From NCBI GenBank assembly GCA_019720975.1, contig JAGVSJ010000005.1, forward strand, positions 11,719 through 75,718: DNA of 64,000 bases. The letters are read 5' to 3'. The notes below the pieces were generated by a model that worked only from the letters and a program-made list of their open reading frames with translations, was not told the DNA's origin and did not search any database. Positions 8,548 through 17,788 of this stretch are shown in pieces. The first letter of the stretch is position 1. Each line of letters begins with the position of its first letter. The translations under genes were made by a program, and so were the position numbers. The DNA comes from Candidatus Sysuiplasma superficiale (GTDB lineage Archaea > Thermoplasmatota > Thermoplasmata > Sysuiplasmatales > Sysuiplasmataceae).

Positions 8548-9147
8548 TTGTTCACCGGCATAGTGGAGGGAACAGCGACAGTCAGGTCTGTTGAACGCCG
8601 GTCTGGCAGTATCAGACTATCGGTGGGCTTCGGAAAGGGCAGGATCGCGTCCATCGGGGACAGCATTGCACTTAACGGCGTTTGCCTGACAGCCGTGAAC
8701 TGCAGGCCTGGGATGGTCGCGTTTGATGTTGTTCCCGAAACACTCAGGAGGACAAACCTTGGCGAACTGCAGAAAGGGGATGCTGTCAACTTTGAACGAA
8801 GCATGAAGAGTTCCGACCTGATCGGGGGCCATATTGTCGCCGGCCATATTGACGGGACAGGCAGGATTGTTTCTGTGGGCAGGGATGGCGGATCTGTGAG
8901 GATGGTGATAAGCGTCCCTCCCGAAATAGGCGAGATGATATCGGACAAGGGCTTCGTTGCGGTTGACGGCGCAAGCCTCACCCCCGCAGAGGTTTCGCGG
9001 AGCGGTTTTACAATCTACCTGATTCCCCAGACGCTCGAAAGGACGGTATTCAAAGAGAGGAGGAAGGGAGACTTAGTAAATATTGAAGTCGATATATTTG
9101 CTAAATATGTGAAGAAATTCGTCGAAGGTCGCCTGAAGGGCAGATGA
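8548..9147 (+). CDS. ribE: Riboflavin synthase, bacterial-type alpha chain
   Basis: 199 aa. The TTG start gives the canonical MFTGIVEG N-terminus. Duplicated barrel blocks GDSIALNGVCLTAV and DKGFVAVDGASLT. Confidence 0.9.
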   Translation: MFTGIVEGTATVRSVERRSGSIRLSVGFGKGRIASIGDSIALNGVCLTAVNCRPGMVAFDVVPETLRRTNLGELQKGDAVNFERSMKSSDLIGGHIVAGHIDGTGRIVSVGRDGGSVRMVISVPPEIGEMISDKGFVAVDGASLTPAEVSRSGFTIYLIPQTLERTVFKERRKGDLVNIEVDIFAKYVKKFVEGRLKGR

Positions 9148-9255
9148 ATCTTCAATGCCGGATTGGCATATGGCATGAATTTCAGACCTCCTCCGACACC
9201 GGTTAAAGGGGCGACTATCATAAGTAATTATCAAAATTCAAAATGAGATGGCAAG

Positions 9256-9263
9256 CTTAAATA
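9256..9263 (+). promoter_or_regulatory. TATA-like box (CTTAAATA) for the wHTH-TPR gene, implying a leaderless mRNA
   Basis: The A/T box is centred about 29 nt upstream of ATG 9289, and there is no SD between them. This matches archaeal promoter geometry. Confidence 0.35.
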
Positions 9264-9288
9264 CAGAAACGTGTGAATTTTTATACAG

Positions 9289-10605
9289 ATGGCTTACGAC
9301 ATAGAGTTCGGCTGCAGGGCACTGATAAACATAATTGTCTCAAGGGAGACAAGGGAGAAGCTGCCGGACAAGGATCTCAGGAAGATACCTGAAAAGACAC
9401 TTCTTGAGTACATAAATGCACTCATAGACCTGGGATGGGTGAAGGAGCAGAAGGGCGTTCCCGAAGACAATGACTATGTCATTTACGCATTCACAGAAAA
9501 GGGAAGAAAGATATACGAGAATCCGGCCGAAATTCTCAACCTTTCCGATACCGAACAGGAACATGTTTCTCTTCTCAGAAGGCTTGATGCGCTGAAGAGG
9601 GATGACAGTGTTTCGATGATGCCCCAGACACTGATGGCCCTGTCGGATCTGTGCCTGGGCATCGGCAGATATGACAGCGCGCTTATTTACGCGATGGAAC
9701 TCAAGAAGAAAGCAGAGGAGTTGAGGAGTGTCTTCTTCGAAGGCGAATCGTCAATCCTGATGGGGAGGATAGAGAACGCGAGGGGAAACCTCGAAACTTC
9801 GCTGAAATACTTCATCAGCGCAACGGATGCGTTCGGCAAGGTAGGTGAGGTCTCGAGGGAAGCCGACAGTCTCCGCTATGCGGGAAGCGTCCTGTTCAAG
9901 ATGGGGGACTACAAGAGAGCGATGATGATGTTTGAGAAGAGTCGTGAGCGGTTTTTCCAGATCAGGAATATGCTTGGTGTTGCGAAGGTGAAAATCAACC
10001 TTGGCATTCTCTATTCGCTCGCAAAGGACTATGCAACTGCTGAAAGATACTGGTTGAATACTCTTGAATTCTTCGAAGCGCTCAATGACATAGAAGAACA
10101 GACACGTGTTCTCAACAATCTCGGGGCCATGCACATCCAGACCGGAAGGTACGGCGATGCGATACCGCTGCTGAGAAAGGCGATCATCCTGGCAAGGCAG
10201 GGCAACAACAAATACTCAGAATGCATAGGCGTACTCAATTTTGCCTATGCTAACTCCAAAATAGGAAACTACGAAATCGCAAAGAAGGCCGTGGACTCAA
10301 TCCAGAACGTTCTCAAAGAGGGTTTCGATGCATATCTGCTCTGTTACAGAGACCTTATAAACGCGATATATCTGACACACAGGGGCACATGGAATGAGGC
10401 GGAAAAGCTGTTCCTGTCGGCAATAAGACTGGCCAACACCTCAGGAAACCTTGAACTGGCAGGGGAATGCCACAAGGAGTTCGGTCTGGCACTGCTGTCG
10501 AAAAATGACAACGAAAGAGCGCAGCAGGAAATCATCGCGTCAAAAAATATTTCATGCAGCATTCCAGGAGAAGAAGTTAAAAAAGGTTTGTCGATCGGCG
10601 CTTAA
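9289..10605 (+). CDS. Tetratricopeptide-repeat protein with N-terminal winged-helix-like domain
   Basis: 438 aa. The N-terminal ~75 aa (LLEYINALIDLGWVKEQ..YAFTEKGRKIY) look wHTH-like. The rest is a series of 34-aa TPR-like units (e.g. GDYKRAMMMFEKS, KDYATAERYWLNTLEFF, GRYGDAIPLLRKAI). GC content is visibly lower than in the neighbouring genes. Confidence 0.7.
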   Translation: MAYDIEFGCRALINIIVSRETREKLPDKDLRKIPEKTLLEYINALIDLGWVKEQKGVPEDNDYVIYAFTEKGRKIYENPAEILNLSDTEQEHVSLLRRLDALKRDDSVSMMPQTLMALSDLCLGIGRYDSALIYAMELKKKAEELRSVFFEGESSILMGRIENARGNLETSLKYFISATDAFGKVGEVSREADSLRYAGSVLFKMGDYKRAMMMFEKSRERFFQIRNMLGVAKVKINLGILYSLAKDYATAERYWLNTLEFFEALNDIEEQTRVLNNLGAMHIQTGRYGDAIPLLRKAIILARQGNNKYSECIGVLNFAYANSKIGNYEIAKKAVDSIQNVLKEGFDAYLLCYRDLINAIYLTHRGTWNEAEKLFLSAIRLANTSGNLELAGECHKEFGLALLSKNDNERAQQEIIASKNISCSIPGEEVKKGLSIGA

Positions 10606-11210
10606 ATTTTATCTTTACACAGGATCCCAAAGTGGCAACTTGCAACCCCCTCCCTTTAATTCCGCAAAGGCGCGCAGACCAGCAGCAGGGCTGTAGTCGA
10701 AGTCGGTTACCGTCAGCCTCCTCCAGCTGAGGTAACAAAAAGCCACAGCTGCCGCTACCCACGAAGACGTGGTTCTGCCTACCAAATTCTCCCTCGCTGA
10801 TGAATAAAACGCAGGTGTCTTTTTAAAATGTTTGTCAAAACTGTATATTGACAGCGTGCCGAAAAGTATTCCGAGACACAATGAATGGTGAAGAAATTGT
10901 TAACAGCAGTCACCCGGCAATAATTATATTGTCAAAATTAAATTAATGATGTCCGGAAGGAAATGCTGATCTTTGCCTCCGGCCATGAAACACTGCCAGT
11001 CATGGCAGGAGAATCAGAGAGATCACTTCGCGGAAAAGAAGGCATGTCCTGCCCGTTCCATAAAGGATATAATTATAATAATAAATAGATGTAAAATAAT
11101 TGCATCAATACCTTGCCATATTTCTAATTCTAAAATCGTAGTATTACATCAATAATTCGTAATGATAAACTTACAAAAGACACATATGCGCTGCTGCCAA
11201 TAAGAGTGGC

Positions 11211-11735
11211 GTGGCAGAAGTCTATGCATACATTGCCGGCGAGGACGATCCAAAGAAGTGCACCGCGCGGAAAATGGTACGGTTCAGTCTGGCACATCCT
11301 GTAATGAAGCTCGCGCACATACCGCAGAATGCGGTCGTTCTCGATCCTACAGCCGCAAAGGCCCTTTCGGCCGAAGACAGACGGCGGATTGAGACTTCAG
11401 GCGTTGCAGTGCTTGATTTCTCATGGAGAAACATAGAATCCAACCCTCCTCTGCTAAGGTTCCAGCACAGGAGGGCACTTCCGTATCTCCTTGCCGCAAA
11501 TCCCGTAATGTGGGGCAGGCCTCTCCAGCTGAGCAGCGTGGAGGCTGTGGCTGCTGCGCTGTACATAGCGGGATTGCGCGAACAGGCGCTGAATACGCTT
11601 TCAAAATTTTCCTGGGGTCTGAATTTCATCACACTCAACAGGGAACCGCTGGAAAGATATGCGGCTGCCAGGACCAGCAGGGAAGTGGTAGAAATACAAT
11701 GGGAATATGTCTGCAGACCGGAAGGAGCACTTTGA
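11211..11735 (+). CDS. tsr3: 16S rRNA aminocarboxypropyltransferase Tsr3 (DUF367)
   Basis: 174 aa, GTG start. Blocks GEDDPKKCTARKM, LDFSW, LPYLLAANP and NYGRP-like (MWGRP). Confidence 0.85.
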   Translation: MAEVYAYIAGEDDPKKCTARKMVRFSLAHPVMKLAHIPQNAVVLDPTAAKALSAEDRRRIETSGVAVLDFSWRNIESNPPLLRFQHRRALPYLLAANPVMWGRPLQLSSVEAVAAALYIAGLREQALNTLSKFSWGLNFITLNREPLERYAAARTSREVVEIQWEYVCRPEGAL

Positions 11736-11889
11736 TACACCATATAACAGGCAGTGCGGCGCCGCTGCAGTGGAAACAGTATTTCGACTGTTTCCTTTGG
11801 AGATATGGATGCCAGTGTTTTCGGCCAGTCCCGGGTCACATTTATCTATAGTATTGCTTTCTCCAGTTCAAGAGCGCTGAGAGATAGGA

Positions 11890-13983
11890 ATGGCATATTC
11901 TATAGCGATACAGTACAATGAGGAGGCACTCATAAACAAGTGGGATGAGTTCTTCCACGAGACAGGTCTCGGTAGCCAGATAATGATCCTTGCTGACAGA
12001 TATCCGGAGGAGAAGAGCCTCACTGTTCAGTTCTCGATACTTGAGAGGTTCGACGCAGATTTTGCAACTTTTCTTCTTGAAGAACCCTCCAGATCATTTG
12101 AGGCTGCGCAGAAGGCCATAAGAAACCAGCTCGCGCCTGAAAGACAGAACGTGAATCTGAATTTCAGAGTCACAGGACTGCCCGTGGATTCGCACATAGA
12201 TATCAGGAACCTCAGAAGCAAGCATCTTGGCAAGTTTGTGTGCGTCGAAGGTCTTGTCAGGAAGGTGACGGAGGTCAGACCCAGGCTTCAGAAGGCTGCA
12301 TTCAGGTGCGTCAGATGCAATGAGATTTCATGGGTGGAACAGGAAGGGATGCTCCAGAAGGAACCGCTGGAGTGCTCGGGCTGCGGGAAGAGCGCAGGAG
12401 CCACCAAGTTTGTGCTTGTTACCGAACAGAGCACATACATAGACACACAGAAGATTGAGGTGCAGGAGCCTCCGGAAGGGCTGAGAGGGGGTGCACAGCC
12501 GGAAAGGCTCGAAGGCTATCTCATTGACGACATAACGGGCAGGATATCGCCCGGTGACAGGGTGATACTTAACGGCATACTCACCGGAACACAGAAGACC
12601 GGACCGCAGGGCAAATCAACACTCTTCAATATCATGCTCCAGGTCAATTCTGCGGAGTACAGGGAACACGAATATGATGAGATACAGATAACTCCGGAGG
12701 ACATTGAAAATATCCGCAGAGTCGCAGCCAGTGGCGACGTGCTGAAACAGATCGCCTCTTCCATATCCCCTACAATCTACGGTTTTGACGTGGAGAAGGT
12801 TGCTTTCACACTGCAGCTATTCAGCGGTGTCTCAAAGGAGATGCAGGACGGAACAAGGATCAGGGGAGACATACACATACTCCTTGTGGGCGACCCCGGT
12901 CTGGCCAAAAGCCAGCTGCTGCGCTATATGTCAGAACTCGCGCCAAGAGGCATCTATGCAAGCGGGAAGAGCTCGTCGGCTGCGGGACTCACCGCTGCCG
13001 CGGTGAAGGACGAATTCGGCGAGGGGAGATGGACGCTTGAAGCTGGGGCGCTGGTTCTTGCGGACAAAGGGATAGCGTGCGTTGATGAACTTGACAAGAT
13101 GACTGATTATGACAGGAGTGCAATGCACCAGATAATGGAAAGCCAGATCATCACTGTAGCTAAGGCCGGTATCACCGCAACGTTGCAGGCCCGGTGTTCA
13201 ATACTGGGAGCCGCGAACCCGCGTTATGGCAGATTCGAGGATGAGCAGCTCATAGCAGACCAGATAGATCTTCCGCCTGCACTTCTGTCAAGGTTTGATC
13301 TTATATTTGTGCTGAAGGACAGGCCGAACAGCGCAGTGGACAGGAATATTGCCGACCACATACTGAGGGCACACAGGGTTGGGGAGCGGAGAAAGGTCCT
13401 GGACCTTCCGCAGGGAATATCGGAGGAGAAGGTGGAACAGGAGAGCAGATCCGTTGAGCCGCGGTTTGACAGGCAGTTCCTCAGGAAGTACATATCCTAT
13501 GCAAAGCGAATCAATCCTGTCCTCACGGACGGAGCAATAAAGATCATTGAGGAGGAGTATCTGCGCATAAGAAAGATGGGGGAGGCCAAGGGCGCCTCCA
13601 TTCCAATAACTGCAAGGCAGCTTGAGGCATACGTGAGGCTTTCGGAGGCGAGTGCCAGGGGGCGGCTCAGCGAGACTGTGGAAATCGAAGATGCGGAGAG
13701 GGCAATAGAGATTGTCTGGCACTACCTTTCCAAGGTGACCGGAGGGGATATAGACAAGATCGCCGGTGAGATGAGCCACAGCCAGAGAACGCATGTAAGC
13801 GTCATACTCGACATTGTACGGCAGGGGGCATCGGGCGGTGTTTCGATTGAGGAGATTGTCGCAGGATCGGAGAAATACAACATAAGCGAGGAGGAAACAC
13901 GCAGGCTGATCGAAAAGCTGTCCAAGGCCGGCGAGCTTTTTGAAGTGAGGAACGGCATCTACCGCATCGTTTCACAAAAGTGA
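11890..13983 (+). CDS. mcm: Replicative helicase MCM
   Basis: 697 aa. Zinc motif CVRC..CSGC, Walker A LLVGDPGLAKSQLL, Walker B ACVDELDKM, arginine finger SRFDLIF, and a C-terminal wHTH. Confidence 0.97.
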   Translation: MAYSIAIQYNEEALINKWDEFFHETGLGSQIMILADRYPEEKSLTVQFSILERFDADFATFLLEEPSRSFEAAQKAIRNQLAPERQNVNLNFRVTGLPVDSHIDIRNLRSKHLGKFVCVEGLVRKVTEVRPRLQKAAFRCVRCNEISWVEQEGMLQKEPLECSGCGKSAGATKFVLVTEQSTYIDTQKIEVQEPPEGLRGGAQPERLEGYLIDDITGRISPGDRVILNGILTGTQKTGPQGKSTLFNIMLQVNSAEYREHEYDEIQITPEDIENIRRVAASGDVLKQIASSISPTIYGFDVEKVAFTLQLFSGVSKEMQDGTRIRGDIHILLVGDPGLAKSQLLRYMSELAPRGIYASGKSSSAAGLTAAAVKDEFGEGRWTLEAGALVLADKGIACVDELDKMTDYDRSAMHQIMESQIITVAKAGITATLQARCSILGAANPRYGRFEDEQLIADQIDLPPALLSRFDLIFVLKDRPNSAVDRNIADHILRAHRVGERRKVLDLPQGISEEKVEQESRSVEPRFDRQFLRKYISYAKRINPVLTDGAIKIIEEEYLRIRKMGEAKGASIPITARQLEAYVRLSEASARGRLSETVEIEDAERAIEIVWHYLSKVTGGDIDKIAGEMSHSQRTHVSVILDIVRQGASGGVSIEEIVAGSEKYNISEEETRRLIEKLSKAGELFEVRNGIYRIVSQK

Positions 13984-14288
13984 TGCTTTTGTTTGCAATC
14001 AAGATCCATCGGATGCCCCGGGAAACAATACTTGCAGTCTGCGACTCCGAAATACTGGGCATGAAATTCATGGACGGGGAGAAGAGGATTGAGGTCTACC
14101 GCAGCTTCTACGGTGACAGGGAGATCGGGGAGGATGAGCTCGGCCAATACATGTCTGAGGCGACAATCGTAAACATAGTTGGCCACAGATCCGTGGCCAA
14201 GGCAATAGAACTCGGATATGTGGATCCGGAAAGGGTGCTTGTCATCGGAAAGACGGTACATGCCCAGTTTGCCATTCTGTTGAAATGA
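13980..14288 (+). CDS. DUF424-family protein
   Basis: 102 aa. IKIHRMPRETILAVCDSEILG .. NIVGHRSV .. HAQF matches my recollection of archaeal DUF424. The GTG/ATG start overlaps the mcm stop. Confidence 0.65.
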   Translation: MMLLFAIKIHRMPRETILAVCDSEILGMKFMDGEKRIEVYRSFYGDREIGEDELGQYMSEATIVNIVGHRSVAKAIELGYVDPERVLVIGKTVHAQFAILLK

Positions 14289-14316
14289 GCTGGCACCGGA
14301 AAACCGGAGCGGCGCC

Positions 14317-15330
14317 TCACAGCGGATAGAGGCGTTCACCGAGCCTAACGGCCCGTATGCTTTCGCCGTTCCGCACGGCCCTTCCGTATCTCAGCACCTC
14401 TTCTGTCATGGTTGACATGTCCACAACTGTTATACGGCCGCCGGTGGATGATTTGACAGTGAGTTGAGTCTCCATTTCCCTTCCTCCTATGAAACGGACT
14501 CTTTCCAGATCCTGGAAGGGCAGGTGCATTCTTCTTCCGCCGGAAAGCGGTTCCAGCACAACACCGCCGGATGTATCAGAGACCCTGTAATGTGCGCCGG
14601 CGTATTCCACATAGTCGCCGGCCGCGAGCATGGGGACTCTCAGAAGATAGGTGGTCCTGTAGATGTTTCTCCCGTCCTTCTGTCCGTAGAGCGAGCGTGT
14701 GGCCACAACCCCCGTGCCAAAATGATGCGCAGCGCTCCTGGCGATAGAATAACCGGCGCTGCTTGAGCTGAGCGTCATGTCCACACCGCCTCTCGTTGAT
14801 CTGATTGAGGACACAAAGAAATCCGGTTCCCTCGCGGCTGTATCAGCGCACAGTTTCCTGACAAATTCCTCGGCGTCAGCCATCAGTTCACTTCTCATCC
14901 TGCCCAGGGCTCTTATCTGTATTGTTGACTCAAAATAATGGCCGCTCCTCCTGCTGCATGTGGGACATGTATTCCTCTGTACCCTGACGTTCACCTCACC
15001 TTCCTCTTTCCTCGTCACGCCGCTGTTTCTTGTCTCGAATGAAACATGAAGCGGAAACGAGTTCTGGTCCTCCCTGAAACCGCTCAGCTCGAAAGAAAGC
15101 ACTGAAGTACCCGGAATGGTCTCAAGCGACTTCCTGACTGCAGAGTAAACGTATTCAATCCTGTCTCCGACTTCGACCCAGTGCTGTCCTTCCCTGAACC
15201 TGCCGCAGGAAGGGCATGTGCTGAAGACAAACGACTGCTGCAGTTTTGCAAATGGCTCTGACTGCGAGTAGCACTCCTCGCAGAAGACCATGCCTCTGAT
15301 GGCCTCTCGACCGCACTTTATGCAGAACAT
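14317..15330 (-). CDS. nmd3: NMD3-family (60S export adaptor homologue) protein
   Basis: 337 aa. Four CxxC pairs (FCIKCG, FCEECY, CPSCG, CPTCSRRSGHYFESTIQIR), including the NMD3-typical yyE..iQiR block. Confidence 0.75.
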   Translation of the reverse strand: MFCIKCGREAIRGMVFCEECYSQSEPFAKLQQSFVFSTCPSCGRFREGQHWVEVGDRIEYVYSAVRKSLETIPGTSVLSFELSGFREDQNSFPLHVSFETRNSGVTRKEEGEVNVRVQRNTCPTCSRRSGHYFESTIQIRALGRMRSELMADAEEFVRKLCADTAAREPDFFVSSIRSTRGGVDMTLSSSSAGYSIARSAAHHFGTGVVATRSLYGQKDGRNIYRTTYLLRVPMLAAGDYVEYAGAHYRVSDTSGGVVLEPLSGGRRMHLPFQDLERVRFIGGREMETQLTVKSSTGGRITVVDMSTMTEEVLRYGRAVRNGESIRAVRLGERLYPL

Positions 15331-15361
15331 ACCGGAGTCTTTATCACGGCTGACCGGTTAA

Positions 15362-16306
15362 TTAATCTTTATGATGCGCGGGGAAATCAAATGGAATTAC
15401 ATCGCTTGCCTCGTTGGTCCAGCTCTCGGGTGTCGGGGCGCCCCAGAAGGTCTGGCGCCTTGGGTCGTGCACAGACCACCTGACAGGCTGAAGGTCAGGG
15501 TCTGCTGCCATGTAGTCTCCCGTATACAGCTCTATCCTGTGCCTGTCCGAGTCCCTCAGATAGAGAAAGAATGCGTTTGTAATCCCATGCCTTCCCGGAC
15601 CCCTTTCGATGCTGCGGAAATATCCCGATGAGGAGAGTATATCTGCGCAGTCGAGTATGCTGTCCCTGTCGGAAACAATGAAACCTGCATGATGGAAGCG
15701 CGGCCCATGCCCGCGCATTACAGCTATGTCATGGCTGGACTGCTTTCTCCTCAGCCACGCCGCCTGCATGCTGCCGTCGTCATCTTCAGTGAATTCCGAT
15801 AGTGCAAAATGAAGCTTCTCAACGTACCACTTCACAGTTCCAGCGACATCGGGCACGAGCACGTTGAAGTGGTCGATGCGCATTATCCTGCCGCCATGAT
15901 GCGAATGGTATTTCTGCAGTTCCCATTCCACCGCATCTGTACGGTAGAATAATTCCACAGGGAAGCCAGAGGGATCCTGGAAGCGGAGAGAAGGACCGAT
16001 ACCCTTCTCCTCCCCCTCCGCCAGCGAATGACGGATGCCCTCGGCCTCAAGGAATCTTTCTGCCTTCTTCATATCCAGTTCCGAGCGGAGTCTGAATGCC
16101 ATGTGCGAAAGGCCGGGCCTCCTCCCTTCTGTAAGAACGAGCGAATGATGTGTCCTGTCTTCTATCCCCCTGAGGTACACTCTGCTGCCCTCGGAAGCCG
16201 TTTCAACCATGCCCAGAGTTGCAGAATAGTACCTTCTTGCCTCATCAATGTCGGTCACGACATATTCGATATGTGATGCCCTGACGATATCGAACGGGGC
16301 ATCCAT
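15362..16306 (-). CDS. hpaD: Homoprotocatechuate (3,4-dihydroxyphenylacetate) 2,3-dioxygenase, type I extradiol
   Basis: Start set at ATG 16306, 4 nt after the hpaB stop. Blocks RIDHFNVLVPDV, GPRFHHAGF and ERGPGRHGITNAFFLYLRDSDRHRIELYT match the HPCD/MndD family closely. Confidence 0.88.
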   Translation of the reverse strand: MDAPFDIVRASHIEYVVTDIDEARRYYSATLGMVETASEGSRVYLRGIEDRTHHSLVLTEGRRPGLSHMAFRLRSELDMKKAERFLEAEGIRHSLAEGEEKGIGPSLRFQDPSGFPVELFYRTDAVEWELQKYHSHHGGRIMRIDHFNVLVPDVAGTVKWYVEKLHFALSEFTEDDDGSMQAAWLRRKQSSHDIAVMRGHGPRFHHAGFIVSDRDSILDCADILSSSGYFRSIERGPGRHGITNAFFLYLRDSDRHRIELYTGDYMAADPDLQPVRWSVHDPRRQTFWGAPTPESWTNEASDVIPFDFPAHHKD

Positions 16307-16310
16307 CCGT

Positions 16311-17768
16311 TCAGTCCTCCCTGTCCAGAAAATCGCTGACCATTTTCCTGAAATGGGATGTGTCATACCAGGAGTAAAATGCACTGGCCATCCTCACAGG
16401 GTCGCCGAAGAAGAATCTTTCATACATCTCCTGCCTTGAGCCGAAGGAGCTGCCGGCTATGTCCCACGCAAGCTTGAACAGCCTGATTCTCTCCTCGGCA
16501 CCGGAATTCTTTCCCTGGTAATATGTGTCTATATAGTGCCTGATCTCGCTTTCCATGTCTGCGGAGGAGGGCATTGCCATCAGGCCGCTGGCTCCAAGCT
16601 GCTGAAGCGTTTCCCTGATAGAAGGATAGAGGCGCGGATAGACGTTCCTGGCTACATTGAGATACTTGAAGCGCGGTGTCATTATGCCCCAGCTGTTCAG
16701 CTCCGCCTCCTGCTCTGATGCAATCAGCAAGGCCCGCAACGATTCCAGTATCATTTCGATCCTTGCAACCTTCTCCTGCACATGCTGGAACTGCCCGATA
16801 CCGATTGTTTCCACCATAAGGGAGACAACACCGAGAATGAATTCTGTCTTTGCTATCTCACGTGTAACCACCTGATGCGACATGTGCACAACAGCATCCG
16901 TCCGCTCGTGCAGCACATTTGCCCTTTCTGCATCCTCAAGCAGAAAGATACGCTCACGGGGAACGAAGACATCATCGAAGACAACAACAGCATCCATCTC
17001 CTCGAATCCGTAGGCAAGTGGATGATCGAACCTTGAATCGGAGCAGAAGGGCTCCCTGCAGAGAAACTTCAGGCCTGGAGAGTCGACAGGTATTGCGAAG
17101 GCCATTGAATACGGCAAATCCTCCGGTCCAGACTTTATCACAGTGGAGGGGAAAACAATTATTTCGTCTGCTAGAGGAAAGGTTGCGAGCATCCTTGCGC
17201 CCCTTACCACTATGCCGTCCCTTCTCTTCTCCACTATCCTCGCGGCAATGAACGGATCCTTCTGCTTCGATGGCGGTGCCGACCTGTTTGTCTGAGGGTT
17301 TATCAGGGTGTGAGTCATCAGAAGGTCATTCTCCCTCACGTATGTGTAGTAATTGACAATGTTTTCGCCGAATGAAGGGTCGGCGAGGGAAAAGAATCTT
17401 GAGGCGGAGGCCATCGCCATGATGTCGCTGTTGAGGTAATCCGGCGTTCTGCCCAGCATGCCGCCGGAGTAATCCGCCCAGCGCTTCATCATACGCCTTC
17501 TCCTAAGGAGGTCCTCTCTTGTTACGGGTTGAAGAAAACTCATTCCCACCCTGTCACCCGTGGAGGGGGAGACATATGTCATCTCATCCTCAAGTTCCGG
17601 GTCGCACTGCATGTCATAAAGTTTTGACATGGTGACAGCCATCTGTCTGAAGGCGGGATGTTCGGTGATGCCTGTTGTTATCTTTCTTCCACCGATCCAC
17701 ACCTCCCTCCTTGTTCTGTCAAGATCGTCCAAATACTTTCTGCCGTTCCTGACTGGCAAATTTATCAC
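16311..17768 (-). CDS. hpaB: 4-hydroxyphenylacetate 3-monooxygenase, oxygenase component (HpaB family)
   Basis: 485 aa. HpaB-type N-terminus (GRKYLDDL..REVWIGGRKI..ITEHPAF) and family-wide collinear blocks. Confidence 0.88.
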   Translation of the reverse strand: MINLPVRNGRKYLDDLDRTRREVWIGGRKITTGITEHPAFRQMAVTMSKLYDMQCDPELEDEMTYVSPSTGDRVGMSFLQPVTREDLLRRRRMMKRWADYSGGMLGRTPDYLNSDIMAMASASRFFSLADPSFGENIVNYYTYVRENDLLMTHTLINPQTNRSAPPSKQKDPFIAARIVEKRRDGIVVRGARMLATFPLADEIIVFPSTVIKSGPEDLPYSMAFAIPVDSPGLKFLCREPFCSDSRFDHPLAYGFEEMDAVVVFDDVFVPRERIFLLEDAERANVLHERTDAVVHMSHQVVTREIAKTEFILGVVSLMVETIGIGQFQHVQEKVARIEMILESLRALLIASEQEAELNSWGIMTPRFKYLNVARNVYPRLYPSIRETLQQLGASGLMAMPSSADMESEIRHYIDTYYQGKNSGAEERIRLFKLAWDIAGSSFGSRQEMYERFFFGDPVRMASAFYSWYDTSHFRKMVSDFLDRED

Positions 17769-17788
17769 CTGTTCATATCCACTTCATC

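Noticed and set aside
9148-9255. A tRNA-like segment after ribE (GCCGGATTGGCATATGGC ... CCGGTTAAAGGGGCGAC).
   Set aside because: On either strand there is no acceptor-stem complementarity, no D-loop (AGC..GG) consensus and no T-loop (GTTCRANYC) consensus.
10947-10982. A C/D-box sRNA (AUGAUGU ... CUGA) or an SRP helix-8-like element. GUCCGGAAGGAA matches my memory of the bacterial 4.5S tetraloop region.
   Set aside because: The C box is imperfect. The spacing to the putative D' box, and the absence of C'/D boxes, do not fit archaeal C/D sRNAs. After the GGAA loop the conserved AGCA loops of SRP RNA are missing, and the element is far too short.
10900-11210. AT-rich region just upstream of tsr3-mcm, considered as a replication origin.
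   Set aside because: I found no repeated ORB/mini-ORB-like element; the only repeat is the 8-mer CATCAATA, which occurs twice. No orc1/cdc6 gene is adjacent. MCM is not a usual origin marker. A/T richness is equally explained by promoters.
11222-11839. A 205-aa ORF antisense to tsr3. Similar long antisense ORFs occur at 2357-2905, 6788-7267, 7753-8409, 8487-8981, 36197-36805, 51632-52147, 52603-53349 and 57301-57744.
   Set aside because: Each lies entirely opposite a gene with strong family motifs. Each also has the S/A/R/P/C-rich composition typical of shadow frames in moderately GC-rich DNA. None shows any recognisable motif.
16307-16384. N-terminal extensions of several track ORFs: hpaD to 16384, hpaE to 19489, thrC from 31090, hom from 32384, the membrane protein to 34274, the enolase-family gene from 35999, CheY from 51221 and the MFS gene from 59179.
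   Set aside because: The extensions overlap the preceding gene or look non-coding. Internal starts restore the canonical family N-termini and give normal spacing or an SD.
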